In this document: piece after piece, positions 7,601-16,824 of the stretch
How positions within the stretch are numbered: the first letter of the stretch is position 1
How the letters are laid out: the number at the start of each line of letters is the position of its first letter
IMG/VR virus record: IMGVR_UViG_3300033076_000509
Span: 1-60,223 of that record
Reading direction: 5' to 3' (one strand)
DNA: 60,223 nucleotides
DNA from: a virus
Lineage: Duplodnaviria; Caudoviricetes
Program-made: the position numbers and the translations under genes
Notes under the pieces: model-generated
Told to the model about the DNA's origin: nothing
What the model saw: the letters and a program-made list of their open reading frames with translations, nothing else
The model's database searches: none

Positions 7601-7814
7601 ACTTCCCCCCATGCGGCCTGAATGCCGCCGCCATATCCGGCCTAAGTTCATGCGCCGGCACGCCGCTGATGCGCGCCACGGACTTTACCCGTTGCCATGG
7701 CACGCGATGCCACATCGACACAGCAGGCGCCGAAATTCCTAGCTTGCGGGCCAACTCGTTGACGCCGCCGGCATTGATGATTGCCCGTGCAAGGGCTGCG
7801 TCTCGCTTGTGCAT
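7593..7814 (-). CDS. cro: Cro-like (YdaS-type) HTH regulator
   Basis: AIINAGGVNELARKLGISAPAVSMW...SGVPAHELRPD. Confidence 0.85.
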   Translation of the reverse strand: MHKRDAALARAIINAGGVNELARKLGISAPAVSMWHRVPWQRVKSVARISGVPAHELRPDMAAAFRPHGGKYG

Positions 7815-7820
7815 GTGATG

Positions 7821-7910
7821 ACCTTACATATAGCCCGATGCGGGTGCAAGAAAATAATTCAGGCCGCATTAATTTTTTTCTTGCATGCCGCGACGGCGAT
7901 GCGTTAGGGT
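7821..7910. promoter_or_regulatory. divergent promoter pair with inverted repeat
   Basis: Leftward TTGCAC-N17-TAAGGT, 6 nt before the cro ATG; rightward TTGCAT-N18-TAGGGT; inverted repeat at 7845-7859 / 7871-7885. Confidence 0.7.
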
Positions 7911-7937
7911 CTGCTTATCAGCAACGGAGACAGACAG

Positions 7938-8090
7938 ATGGCTAAGCTCATCACACGCTTTCAGGACGAACCCACCGCCGCCAACGCTCGCAAGATCGTG
8001 GCGCACGCAGTAAAGCACCCCATGGCGCTTTGCCTACTCACCGCTGAAGACATGGAATATGTCCGCGCCGCTCGTGCGATGATCGGTTGA
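7938..8090 (+). CDS. small hypothetical protein (50 aa)
   Basis: GGAG RBS; first gene after the rightward promoter. Confidence 0.6.
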   Translation: MAKLITRFQDEPTAANARKIVAHAVKHPMALCLLTAEDMEYVRAARAMIG

Positions 8091-8278
8091 CCATGACGCC
8101 GACAGAAACTCAATATACCGTCCACTTTCTTAGCAACGACGGGAAACTGTGCGGGCACGCTATCCGGTGGCGCCGTGACGCGGCGCTGAAACTGTGCCGC
8201 GATTGGCTGGACGGCGGTTTTGATCGCACAGTCCGGCTTGTGACGGAAGAGGACTTCAAATCGGAGGAAGCCGCGTGA
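8087..8278 (+). CDS. hypothetical protein
   Basis: Coupled early ORF. Confidence 0.55.
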   Translation: MTMTPTETQYTVHFLSNDGKLCGHAIRWRRDAALKLCRDWLDGGFDRTVRLVTEEDFKSEEAA

Positions 8279-8502
8279 TGACAACCGATAAAGGCTGGCT
8301 TGAACGCTGCGCGCCGCCCGAGATCAACCAGGCCCGCGCCCTAATTGCGCTGGCTCAGGAGTTGATTGCAAAGGCCAAGTGGCTGTCCGAAAATGCCGAT
8401 TGTCACGCAGAGGATGTGGGCATTTATTTGACCAGCGCCGACGATGTGCTGCGCAGCGCCATGGGCATTGAGGCCGAACACTGCCGGGAGCAGGGAATCT
8501 AA
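8275..8502 (+). CDS. hypothetical protein
   Basis: GGAGG RBS, coupled. Confidence 0.6.
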   Translation: MMTTDKGWLERCAPPEINQARALIALAQELIAKAKWLSENADCHAEDVGIYLTSADDVLRSAMGIEAEHCREQGI

Positions 8503-8687
8503 TGCCAAAGTTCACAGTCACATTGCGCCGCGTCATCGTGTCGGAGGTTGTTTTTGACGGTCCCGACCTCACTGCGGCCAGCGTTCGCGCACAGATCAAT
8601 GCCGATGGCCCGCACGAGTGGATGCTGGATAACTCGGCCAATGAACAGTATGACGTTGTGACTATTTCTAAGGTCCGCCGGTCATGA
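8502..8687 (+). CDS. hypothetical protein
   Basis: TAATG coupling. Confidence 0.6.
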   Translation: MPKFTVTLRRVIVSEVVFDGPDLTAASVRAQINADGPHEWMLDNSANEQYDVVTISKVRRS

Positions 8688-8884
8688 GACGCGCAACCCG
8701 AGAGGCCCGGACGCTGGCCATCAGCGCGCACGCGGCGGCAGAGGCACAATTTGCTGTCGCCAGATTGTGCAAGGGCAATGCGTCATTGGATGCGCGCGCT
8801 GCCCGTGGGGAGTGGTATTTGCGGCGCGATGACGCAGACCGCTACTGGCTGCGGTTGGCGCGGACGCTGAAGGGGAGGGGGTGA
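8684..8884 (+). CDS. hypothetical protein
   Basis: ATGA coupling. Confidence 0.55.
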   Translation: MRRATREARTLAISAHAAAEAQFAVARLCKGNASLDARAARGEWYLRRDDADRYWLRLARTLKGRG

Positions 8885-9213
8885 TGGACGAGGGATTTGT
8901 TGATCTGCTGCGGAAACGGGCGATGGAAAGCAATGACGGCATTCTGCGCGCCCCCGCGATGTCTGCCGCAAACGAAATTGAATGGGCGCGCGCTGAACTC
9001 ACCCGCCTCCGCGCCGAGCGGGCGGAACTGGTGGAGGCGTTGTCAGATACGACTGCCCATTTACTTGCGGCGACTTCTTTGGCTGCGCGTGGTGGAAAAA
9101 AAGCAGCGCCATCCGACAAGATGTTTCACATGATGTTGGCCGATTACAACGCCAGCATTGGTCGTGCCCGCGCCCTGCTCGCGCGCATCGGGGGCAAGCA
9201 TGATGGCGCGTGA
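8881..9213 (+). CDS. hypothetical coiled-coil protein
   Basis: RBS GGAGGG; AANEIE...LTRLRAE pattern. Confidence 0.6.
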   Translation: MMDEGFVDLLRKRAMESNDGILRAPAMSAANEIEWARAELTRLRAERAELVEALSDTTAHLLAATSLAARGGKKAAPSDKMFHMMLADYNASIGRARALLARIGGKHDGA

Positions 9214-9421
9214 TGGGGCCGGACGAAAGAATTACCGCGAACTCGTTGAGAAAGCGTTGGATTTGGCTGACCCGACCGATCCTCTGGAATTGGCACAACA
9301 CATGGAAAATACCGCTCAAGTTTTGAGGTTCGCAGCCCAGATCCGCAACCAGCACAAAGAAGACGAAGAACGCTTCCGTCTTCTGGCGCCGTGGTTCAAT
9401 AATTGGGGACGCGATCTATGA
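9200..9421 (+). CDS. hypothetical protein
   Basis: Early operon ORF; start approximate. Confidence 0.5.
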   Translation: MMARDGAGRKNYRELVEKALDLADPTDPLELAQHMENTAQVLRFAAQIRNQHKEDEERFRLLAPWFNNWGRDL

Positions 9422-9660
9422 CCCCCGCCGAACGCCTGCGCCGCGTGGCCGCGCTGTTGCGGCAAGCGGAGGACGAACTGGACGCGGTAATCCGTGCCGG
9501 TGACGACGAGACGCAGGACATTATCACCGCCATTGCACAGTCCGTCTACGTGGCGCGCGAGGCAGTGTCTGGGCATGCGGACATGCTGGACCCGCCGCCG
9601 TTCCTGCCGACGCTCTGGCAGTGGGCAAAAGGGCGTGACGTGCCGGTGGTGCGGTCATGA
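9418..9660 (+). CDS. hypothetical protein
   Basis: ATGA coupling. Confidence 0.55.
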   Translation: MTPAERLRRVAALLRQAEDELDAVIRAGDDETQDIITAIAQSVYVAREAVSGHADMLDPPPFLPTLWQWAKGRDVPVVRS

Positions 9661-9845
9661 CCCCCGCCCGAGAATGCGCCCTGCACATTGCCACGTTGGT
9701 GGCTGGGATAGATAGCAAGTTGAACGAGTTGGAACACATTATGTCGGGTGTTAATCCCACATCGGAATGGCATATCATCAAAGCCCACGACGCCTTAACC
9801 CGCGTCCTGGCGGAAACGAAGGCGGCGGTGGAGGCGCAGAAATGA
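9657..9845 (+). CDS. hypothetical protein
   Basis: ATGA coupling. Confidence 0.55.
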   Translation: MTPARECALHIATLVAGIDSKLNELEHIMSGVNPTSEWHIIKAHDALTRVLAETKAAVEAQK

Positions 9846-9988
9846 CTCGCCCGCACTGGCTTCTATACCTCGCCACGGTGGCGCTAATCCCCGTGGTGGC
9901 GGCGCTCTTGGCGGGGCAGCACCCGCTGGCTTGGTATGCAATGGCGATTGGCGCGGGGTTGCGCGCTGGTCGATTTATGGGAGGATGA
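9842..9988 (+). CDS. small membrane protein
   Basis: GGAGG RBS; two hydrophobic segments. Confidence 0.5.
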   Translation: MTRPHWLLYLATVALIPVVAALLAGQHPLAWYAMAIGAGLRAGRFMGG

Positions 9989-9989
9989 C

Positions 9990-10289
9990 ATGCCGGCCTA
10001 TGATTATAAGATTGCGATGCACCCCGATGTCGAGGCATTTGCAAAGGCGCGTTTGAAAGAAACGGTCGCACTCTGCACAGACCGCCAAAAGCGAATGTTC
10101 AAACTTATATATGCGTGGGAAAACCTGATGTATCGGTCGGCGGATCAACCACTCAGAAAGAAGTTGATCGAAACCGAATTGGACGCCCTTCCTATTGGGG
10201 AGGTTATCGACCAGATGCCGACAGGAAAATTGGCGCACGCACAAAAACAGATAGATAGAACTCTTGCCGAGAGGACGCCAAAACTATGA
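9990..10289 (+). CDS. hypothetical protein
   Basis: GGAGG RBS; lower-GC ORF. Confidence 0.6.
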   Translation: MPAYDYKIAMHPDVEAFAKARLKETVALCTDRQKRMFKLIYAWENLMYRSADQPLRKKLIETELDALPIGEVIDQMPTGKLAHAQKQIDRTLAERTPKL

Positions 10290-10813
10290 CCGCACCATCC
10301 GCCTACGCTATGGAACAAGCCATGAGCGCGCTGATGTCTGCCCGCGCCCGGATTGCGGCAGATGGGGAGTTGATTGACGACGCGACGGGGGAAATCCTCG
10401 ACGTAACCCGCGTTGAGGAAGACGCCTACGCGCTGCTGGATGCGACGCTTAGGGCGGCGGCTGAGGCCGATTCGATGGGCAAGATGGCTGGGGATAGGGC
10501 AGACGCCATGCGGGACCGCCAGTCGCGCTACAAGGCCCGCAGCGAGGCTCTACGGGGCGCTGCCTTTGCCGCCATGGACGCACTCGGACTTTCAAAACGT
10601 GAGTTGCCCGATTTGCTGGCGAGTATCGCCAAGGGCACGCCGCAGGTCGTGATCACGGACGAAAGCCTGCTGCCAGCGCATTGCCTGCGGACGGTGCCCG
10701 CGACCACGGCGCCGGACAAGGTTGCGATTGCGGCCAATCTCAAGGCTGGCATTGATGTGCCGGGGGCCGAGTTAAACAATGGATTTCCACGTTTGCAATT
10801 ACGGACACGATGA
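10286..10813 (+). CDS. Siphovirus Gp157-family protein
   Basis: VVITDESLLP...PDKVAIAANLKAGIDVPGAEL. Confidence 0.85.
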   Translation: MTAPSAYAMEQAMSALMSARARIAADGELIDDATGEILDVTRVEEDAYALLDATLRAAAEADSMGKMAGDRADAMRDRQSRYKARSEALRGAAFAAMDALGLSKRELPDLLASIAKGTPQVVITDESLLPAHCLRTVPATTAPDKVAIAANLKAGIDVPGAELNNGFPRLQLRTR

Positions 10814-11259
10814 TGGATCAAAAAGGCGCGCCTTTAATGGATCGTTTGCTGGCCCGTGTTCACCCGGAGCCGAATAGCGGATGTTGGCTATGGCTAGGAG
10901 CGGTCAACAATAAAGGCTACGGGCAAATACGCATTAACAGAAAAACTTATCTGGCACACAGAGAGATGCTCTCTGCCGTCGCCCCTGCTGATGCCAATCT
11001 TTTGGCGTGTCACAGGTGCGACGTTCCCTGCTGCATTAATCCAGATCATCTGTTCTGGGGGACACAATCAGACAATTTGCAAGATGCCATTCGCAAGGGA
11101 AGAATGCGGCCGCACAATTCTTTTTGGATAGCATGCTCGCATGGCCATGCGTTTACCGAAAAGAATACGCGGATCAGCAAGGAGGGGAAGCGTAGATGCC
11201 GGCAATGTGAGCGAGAAAGAATGCGCGTGTTTTACTGGAACAAAAGGAAATCGTCATGA
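10810..11259 (+). CDS. HNH endonuclease with C-terminal Cys cluster
   Basis: SGCWLWLG...GYG...AHR...CHRCDVPCCINPDHL...N; CSHGH...CRQC. Confidence 0.9.
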   Translation: MMDQKGAPLMDRLLARVHPEPNSGCWLWLGAVNNKGYGQIRINRKTYLAHREMLSAVAPADANLLACHRCDVPCCINPDHLFWGTQSDNLQDAIRKGRMRPHNSFWIACSHGHAFTEKNTRISKEGKRRCRQCERERMRVFYWNKRKSS

Positions 11260-12062
11260 GTAACCAGATGGTATTGCGCCCAACCACTTTCGACCAGCTA
11301 GCCAAGTTTGCCGACATGGCCAGCCGGTCGGCTTTGGTGCCGAAAGACTATCAAGGCAAGCCAGAAAACATCATGCTCGCGGTGCAAATGGGCAGCGAGA
11401 TTGGGCTAGCGCCGATGCAGGCACTACAGAACATTGCGGTCGTGAACGGGCGCCCGGCAGTGTGGGGGGATGCAATGCTGGCCCTGTGTAAGTGTCATCC
11501 GAATTGGGGCGGCATTTCCGAGTCTATTCAGGGCGACGGAGAAGACATGCGCGCGGTATGCAAGATCGAGCGCAAAGGGGATAACCCCGTCACCGTGACG
11601 TTCACCGTGGGCGACGCGAAGAGGGCTGGGCTATGGGGCAAGGGGGGGCCGTGGACGCAGTATCCGAAGCGGATGCTGCAAATGCGCGCCCGTGGCTTTG
11701 CCCTGCGTGATGCGTTCCCGGATGCCCTGAAGGGGTTGATCAGCGCGGAGGAAGCGCGGGACATTCCAACCGATGACTTCAAAGGGCCGACCATCGAAGC
11801 CCGCGCCGAACCTGGCCCCGCCACGCGGGACGAAATCAACGCCGCCGTGCCGCTAAAAGAGACGCCGCAGGAGCGCGCCCAGCAGCTTCTGTCGGAAGTC
11901 GGCGCCGTGGAGACGCAGGAAGCCCTAGACGCCCTCAGCGAGCGCGTGAGCCGGGCAGTGGGCTATCTTCCGACCATAGGCATGGGCGAACTGGCGGAAG
12001 AACTCGGCGACGAATACCGGCGCCAGTTGCAGCGACTGCGGGGCGAGGAGGCTGCGGCATGA
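11256..12062 (+). CDS. RecT-like single-strand annealing protein
   Basis: LVPKDYQGKPEN...GLAPMQALQNIAVVNGRP...WTQYPKRMLQMRARGFALRDAFPD. Confidence 0.85.
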   Translation: MSNQMVLRPTTFDQLAKFADMASRSALVPKDYQGKPENIMLAVQMGSEIGLAPMQALQNIAVVNGRPAVWGDAMLALCKCHPNWGGISESIQGDGEDMRAVCKIERKGDNPVTVTFTVGDAKRAGLWGKGGPWTQYPKRMLQMRARGFALRDAFPDALKGLISAEEARDIPTDDFKGPTIEARAEPGPATRDEINAAVPLKETPQERAQQLLSEVGAVETQEALDALSERVSRAVGYLPTIGMGELAEELGDEYRRQLQRLRGEEAAA

Positions 12063-12571
12063 CGGACGAGGAATTGGGGCGGGAAATAATGCGCGGCCAG
12101 ACTTTGACGCCGGGAATGATTGGCGCCCGTGCCCGCGCTCTGCTGACCAAGCCGGTGGCGACGCGGGAGGCGGTCATGGTTCGGCTAGACGAAATGCCGA
12201 ATCGGACCACCTGGAACGCAAACACTGTCACGCAGATTATGGACGCCCTCCAGCACTTCGCCGCGCCGGACAGGCCGAAGATGATGATTGAGGGGATGAC
12301 GGTGGAGGATATTGAACTGCATATGGCGCCATTTACCGGGCTAAACTCTATCAATATCGATACAGCCGCCCGCGTAGCCCACCGCCTCGCCAACACCCCG
12401 GCCCCGGTCGTGGACGATGCCAAAGCCATGGAACTGGCGTGGAAATGGAGAACGTCTGTAATGGCACCCGGTGATCGGGGGCCTCACGATATGCGTCGGC
12501 ATTGGCACGACATGAAGTTGATAGACCAGGATCGCTGGCGCGCGGTCGCGAAGGAGGTGGGCGGTGAGTGA
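12059..12571 (+). CDS. hypothetical protein
   Basis: Coupled ORF with RBS. Confidence 0.6.
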   Translation: MTDEELGREIMRGQTLTPGMIGARARALLTKPVATREAVMVRLDEMPNRTTWNANTVTQIMDALQHFAAPDRPKMMIEGMTVEDIELHMAPFTGLNSINIDTAARVAHRLANTPAPVVDDAKAMELAWKWRTSVMAPGDRGPHDMRRHWHDMKLIDQDRWRAVAKEVGGE

Positions 12572-12797
12572 TGCGGTGGAGGCTGCGTTAAAAGAACTGC
12601 TATCGAATTTTGACGCCGACGAAAGAAAGTCTATGGCCGCAGCATTAGCCGCCGCCGACAGGGCGCGGGCGGTGACGGATGAGGAGGTGATAGACACGGT
12701 ATATGCGTGGATGGCTGCCCATGATGTGGCACACGTCACTGTGTCCGACACAATGAAGGCCCTCCACGCAGCCGGCATGAAGGTGGTGTGGGCATGA
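12564..12797 (+). CDS. hypothetical protein
   Basis: GGAGG RBS. Confidence 0.55.
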   Translation: MSDAVEAALKELLSNFDADERKSMAAALAAADRARAVTDEEVIDTVYAWMAAHDVAHVTVSDTMKALHAAGMKVVWA

Positions 12798-13132
12798 GCG
12801 AGCGGGACATTGTTGATGATCTAGATTCATGGAACGGGCACCTAGATCACGAATTATACGCCGATGAAGCGCGCACACTTGCTAAGGCTTCCGATGAAAT
12901 CCTCCGCCTCCGCGCGCAGGTCGATCATCTATCAAGGCGGGCGCAGGAGAGTGAAGCATCTGAAATTCTCGCGCTGCGAAACAACAAACGCCTCCGTGCC
13001 CAGCTCGCCGCGCTGCTGCGGGTAAAGGAGGCGGCGGTCAACGCGCTGGACGTGATGCACGAAAGCCGACCGTGCGCCGAGTTGCGCGATGCTGTGAACG
13101 CTTACGACAAGGAGCACCCCGATGCCAAGTGA
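12794..13132 (+). CDS. hypothetical coiled-coil protein
   Basis: ASDEILRLRA pattern; ATGA coupling. Confidence 0.55.
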   Translation: MSERDIVDDLDSWNGHLDHELYADEARTLAKASDEILRLRAQVDHLSRRAQESEASEILALRNNKRLRAQLAALLRVKEAAVNALDVMHESRPCAELRDAVNAYDKEHPDAK

Positions 13133-13239
13133 ATACGGATCACCTTGCAAGTTGTGGGGGTGGCTGCGGTGGTTTTGTTGGGAGCCTAGAAGGCCCGTGC
13201 ACCACTCTTGGCAGTGTGTAAAATGTGGGAGGATGTTTT

Positions 13240-13569
13240 ATGACTAAAACCCCGATGGACATTGAAGCCTTCCGCCTCGCGCGTGCTAAGGCGATGCGAC
13301 CTGTCATGAAGAAAAACGCCGCGTGCATCAGTGCGCCTTGTTTGTATGGCGATTGTTTGTGCGCTGATGAACTAGCCCGCGCCATCGAAGCCGCCGACGC
13401 CGCGCTGGGCGTGGTGAGCGTGCCGAGGGAAATCACTGATGACATGAACGCTGCATATGTGGACGCCTACGCGAACAGCGCACAGCCAACGTCTTGGGAG
13501 GCTCGAAAGGAGGCGTATCGAGCCATGCTCGCCGCCAGCCCGCTGCGGGAGAAGTCCGATGAGCAATAG
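13240..13569 (+). CDS. hypothetical protein
   Basis: VPREITDDM...AYRAMLAASP, a common phage motif. Confidence 0.6.
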   Translation: MTKTPMDIEAFRLARAKAMRPVMKKNAACISAPCLYGDCLCADELARAIEAADAALGVVSVPREITDDMNAAYVDAYANSAQPTSWEARKEAYRAMLAASPLREKSDEQ

Positions 13570-13858
13570 GGAACTGATCGAGGAGGCGCGGCAGTTAGCA
13601 AAAGATCAGCGCAGGTTGGGCCGAGAGCATAATGCCATAATTACTGACCGCCTCTCCGCCTCGCTGGAGGCAATGGAACTGCCGGAGGGGTGGGAGCCGT
13701 CGGAATACACTAATGGGTACGGCCACCAGGTCGCAGGCATAGAGGACGAATGGAACGCTCGCCATGGCGGTGGCGAGTGGTTACGCGATGCCACAGGCCA
13801 CAAGGCGATATTCACCACCGCCCGCGAAGCCATGGCCGCGCTGGGAGAGAAACCATGA
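13559..13858 (+). CDS. hypothetical protein
   Basis: RBS and overlap with the previous gene. Confidence 0.55.
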   Translation: MSNRELIEEARQLAKDQRRLGREHNAIITDRLSASLEAMELPEGWEPSEYTNGYGHQVAGIEDEWNARHGGGEWLRDATGHKAIFTTAREAMAALGEKP

Positions 13859-14040
13859 AACAATGTGAAAATTGCCTTTTTAGAGATGACGCCACCACAG
13901 AATGTCGCAAGGGTCTGCCGACGCATGAGCCATTAACCTATCGAGCCAGGTGGCCGCGCGTGGCGCCGGATGAATGGTGCGGTAAATACGAAGCGCGAGA
14001 GAACGTTACTCCCCCGGACGCGGCTTGTTCCCGAGACTAA
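13855..14040 (+). CDS. small Cys-rich protein
   Basis: CENC...CRK...WP...WCG. Confidence 0.6.
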   Translation: MKQCENCLFRDDATTECRKGLPTHEPLTYRARWPRVAPDEWCGKYEARENVTPPDAACSRD

Positions 14041-14248
14041 GCAGCGACCCGCCGAACGCCTCCGCCACGTCGCGCTGGACGATGAATGTGGCAACCTCGA
14101 CAATGACGCCACCAACCGTTTGCCCGAACGTCAAGCGAACGGTATCGGTATCATCGTCAACGTGCGCGGAAAGTGTATCAACGGCTTTGTAGTCTACGTC
14201 CCGGTAAAGCCATTGGCCGCCCTTCGGATTGGTCGGATCGCCGCTCAT
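14006..14248 (-). CDS. hypothetical protein
   Basis: Coupled to the upstream secreted protein. Confidence 0.45.
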   Translation of the reverse strand: MSGDPTNPKGGQWLYRDVDYKAVDTLSAHVDDDTDTVRLTFGQTVGGVIVEVATFIVQRDVAEAFGGSLLSLGNKPRPGE

Positions 14249-14466
14249 CCGCGCACCTGACAGTTCTCATCGACCCACTGGCCGGCCTTCAGGTGGTTGC
14301 CGGGGATGAAGCTGGGCAGCACCCAATGCGAGAAGTCCCCACGGAACGCTTCAGAGATCGTGGTCCCGGTGCAAGCCAGCGCGGCCTTCTGCGCGTCAAT
14401 GCCGTAGGCGGCATGAGCCGGCACGGAACCGGCGGCAAGGATGGCAGCAAGAGCGATGATACGCAT
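14245..14466 (-). CDS. small secreted protein
   Basis: GGAG RBS; signal peptide MRIIALAAILAAGSVPAHA. Confidence 0.6.
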   Translation of the reverse strand: MRIIALAAILAAGSVPAHAAYGIDAQKAALACTGTTISEAFRGDFSHWVLPSFIPGNHLKAGQWVDENCQVRG

Positions 14467-14675
14467 GTCAGTGTCTCCCGGTTGCGGAAAGAAGTGGCGC
14501 GAGCCACAGATACAGTCGGTCGAAAACGATGCCGGCTAACGCTATGCCGACGTAGTGGAACCATCTCATCCGTCATTCCCCCCAGCCGGTGGCGCATCCC
14601 GAAAAGGCCCGTGGCGCCAGTGGTCCCAAGCCACGCCCAAAAGGCAATAGGCCAACACGCAGAGGATGCCGAGGC

Positions 14676-14876
14676 TCACGGCTTGGCGGCTTCCTTGGCC
14701 CGCGCCTCTGCCTTCGCTACCTCTGCGTCGGCCATTTGCACAAGGTCCACGTAGGCCTCGGGGCTGACCTTGCCGTCCGCACCGATGGCGCCGCGCGCCT
14801 TAGCGATGATCGCCAGCACGTCGCCGCCGACCTCAGCCGCTTTCTGGATCAGCGCCAGAATTGCCAGGAAGTTCAT
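14676..14876 (-). CDS. small membrane-associated protein (lysis region)
   Basis: Hydrophobic N-terminus; ATGA coupling. Confidence 0.55.
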   Translation of the reverse strand: MNFLAILALIQKAAEVGGDVLAIIAKARGAIGADGKVSPEAYVDLVQMADAEVAKAEARAKEAAKP

Positions 14877-15268
14877 TGTGCTTTCCCCGTCGCCAATCCC
14901 ACGAACGTCTTCAGCCGGTCCAGATACTTCCGCACATCGGCAATCGCGGCCCATGAGGAATCCGACACACCCGCAGCGGCAATCACCTTGTCCGCGTTGT
15001 CCATGGCCGAGTCCACCTCGCGGATGATCACGGCGCCCTCAATGACTACGCTACGGTCAGCACAAAGCGGCGGATTGGGAGCCGTAGGCGCCCCACAAAA
15101 CGGCTGCGCGGAGTAGGCGTTGAACGTCTTGACGGTGGCAATTTCTGCGGCCCGTAGCCCGACCATGACCTGCGCGGGCGTGTCCACTTTGACGGGCGAA
15201 CCACCGGAACACCCGGCCAGCGCCAGCAGATACAGGACAGCTAGGACGCGGGGTTGCTTGCGGGTCAT
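14873..15268 (-). CDS. lipoprotein, spanin candidate
   Basis: Lipobox LAGC after a hydrophobic signal. Confidence 0.65.
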   Translation of the reverse strand: MTRKQPRVLAVLYLLALAGCSGGSPVKVDTPAQVMVGLRAAEIATVKTFNAYSAQPFCGAPTAPNPPLCADRSVVIEGAVIIREVDSAMDNADKVIAAAGVSDSSWAAIADVRKYLDRLKTFVGLATGKAQ

Positions 15269-15462
15269 CTGTTCACCTTCGGATCTGTCGCATTGCGCGC
15301 TTGGCCGACATTGGAAGCGATGATGTTGACGATCCGGTATAGCACGGGCCACTCTGGCGGAACAACCGGGGCCAGCAATGACGCAATCGTGATCGTCACC
15401 GTGACATAGGGCAGATACGGCCCGAGGACCGGAATGGCTTGGATGGCTTGGATCAGTTCCAT
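15265..15462 (-). CDS. putative holin
   Basis: 65 aa, hydrophobic helices, C-terminal NVGQARNA; AGGAGG RBS. Confidence 0.6.
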   Translation of the reverse strand: MELIQAIQAIPVLGPYLPYVTVTITIASLLAPVVPPEWPVLYRIVNIIASNVGQARNATDPKVNR

Positions 15463-15471
15463 AAGGTCCTC

Positions 15472-15822
15472 CTAGGGCAGCGCGGATTTCACCTGCCGTA
15501 TTGAGTCAAAGATGTTGAAGGCACGCTCAACGCCAAGAATCTGCACGGCAAACAGGATCAAAAACGCGGGGCCGGCAATGTAGATCACCTTCCACGTCAA
15601 CTCGGTCTGCGTCTGGACGGCCTTGGCCACGTCTTGCAGGTCGCGCCGGAAATCAGAATACGCCGCTTTGCATTCCAGAACGTGCCGGTCGATGGCCCGT
15701 TCCGCCGTCTCGGCGACATTCTCGATCTTGTCCACGCGATCCGACACACGCTCAAGCGCGAACCGCAAGCCTCCGTTAGCTTCTGAGTCCGTCGCCCGTG
15801 CCACCATCGTCGCTCCGCTCAT
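15472..15822 (-). CDS. coiled-coil plus TM membrane protein (lysis-associated)
   Basis: Coiled coil followed by one TM helix. Confidence 0.55.
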   Translation of the reverse strand: MSGATMVARATDSEANGGLRFALERVSDRVDKIENVAETAERAIDRHVLECKAAYSDFRRDLQDVAKAVQTQTELTWKVIYIAGPAFLILFAVQILGVERAFNIFDSIRQVKSALP

Positions 15823-15882
15823 TACGCAACCGCCGCGATAAGATCGGGCGCCCCCATTCTATCCGATTGATACCACATAGGG

Positions 15883-16824
15883 CTACCCCATCATGATGAC
15901 CTGAAAGCCGCCGGTAGCCACGCGGGGCGTGTATTGGAACACCAGAATGCCAGCGCCGCCCGTCACTCCTGTCATGTCGGTTGCCGCGCCCGCACCGCCG
16001 CCGTAGAGGCCGCCGTTGGCGCCATTGGCGCTTGTGCCCCGCACGCCGCCAGAGCCGCCGCCAGGCCCCGCCGTGGCGCTGTTGCTGGTCTGTGTCCAGA
16101 TAGACCCCGCGCCGCCCGCGCCAGGCGTTCTCGGTCCCGTCTGGAAGCCCCCACCACCGCCGCCGCCATTTGCGCCCGCTGTGCCATTGGTGGACGACGT
16201 GGCGCCTGTGCCGCCAGTCTGGCCGCTTACTGCGCCGCCGCTGCCACCATTAGACCCATCTCCAGTCCCCCCAGCGCCACCAGCCAGCGTCAACGTCCCA
16301 CCGCTGCCACCGCCACCAGCGCCACCCGTGGAGCCCGCACCTTCGCCGCCAGCGCCACCCGCGCCGCCCGGACCACCCGCACCACCGCCACCACCCGCAG
16401 GGTCATTGGAGCCGCCGCTATTGCCGCCCCGCCCCCCGGATCGCTTCGTGCCGCCGATGCTGGATGCCGATGAGCCGCCATTAGCTCCGGTCGTTCCGGT
16501 CGTCCGTGATCCGCCTTTCGCAAGAACACCTTCAGCCGTCGAAAACGGCGCGGCATTGCTGACAAAGTTGGCCCACGTGTCGCCACCATTGGATGCCGAA
16601 CCACCCGCGCCCACGGAGATGTAGACAGTCTGGCCAGCCGTTGGCGTCAGATTTGCCTGTGTGATTGCCGCATAAGCACCACCACCAGCCCCGCCGAAAT
16701 CGCCACCTGACGCATTCCCGCCGCCACCGCCAATCGCGTGCAGCGTCCACGGTTGTGCCGGATCAAAGTCTCCGGGAATGGTTTTGGACGATCCCGAGGT
16801 CCAGAATACGGTGGTCGTCGTCAT
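15883..16824 (-). CDS. glycine-rich tail fibre / receptor-binding protein
   Basis: GGGGG...GGGAYA and GAGG repeats. Confidence 0.75.
   Translation of the reverse strand: MTTTTVFWTSGSSKTIPGDFDPAQPWTLHAIGGGGGNASGGDFGGAGGGAYAAITQANLTPTAGQTVYISVGAGGSASNGGDTWANFVSNAAPFSTAEGVLAKGGSRTTGTTGANGGSSASSIGGTKRSGGRGGNSGGSNDPAGGGGGAGGPGGAGGAGGEGAGSTGGAGGGGSGGTLTLAGGAGGTGDGSNGGSGGAVSGQTGGTGATSSTNGTAGANGGGGGGGFQTGPRTPGAGGAGSIWTQTSNSATAGPGGGSGGVRGTSANGANGGLYGGGAGAATDMTGVTGGAGILVFQYTPRVATGGFQVIMMG

Noticed and set aside
13431-13439. Self-target of spacer AATCACTGA
   Set aside because: Only the 9-mer matches, and the partner half-site is absent on both sides, so this is expected by chance.
16016-16624. Pro-rich + strand ORFs (also 31672-32289)
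   Set aside because: They are antisense mirrors of the Gly-rich and collagen genes.
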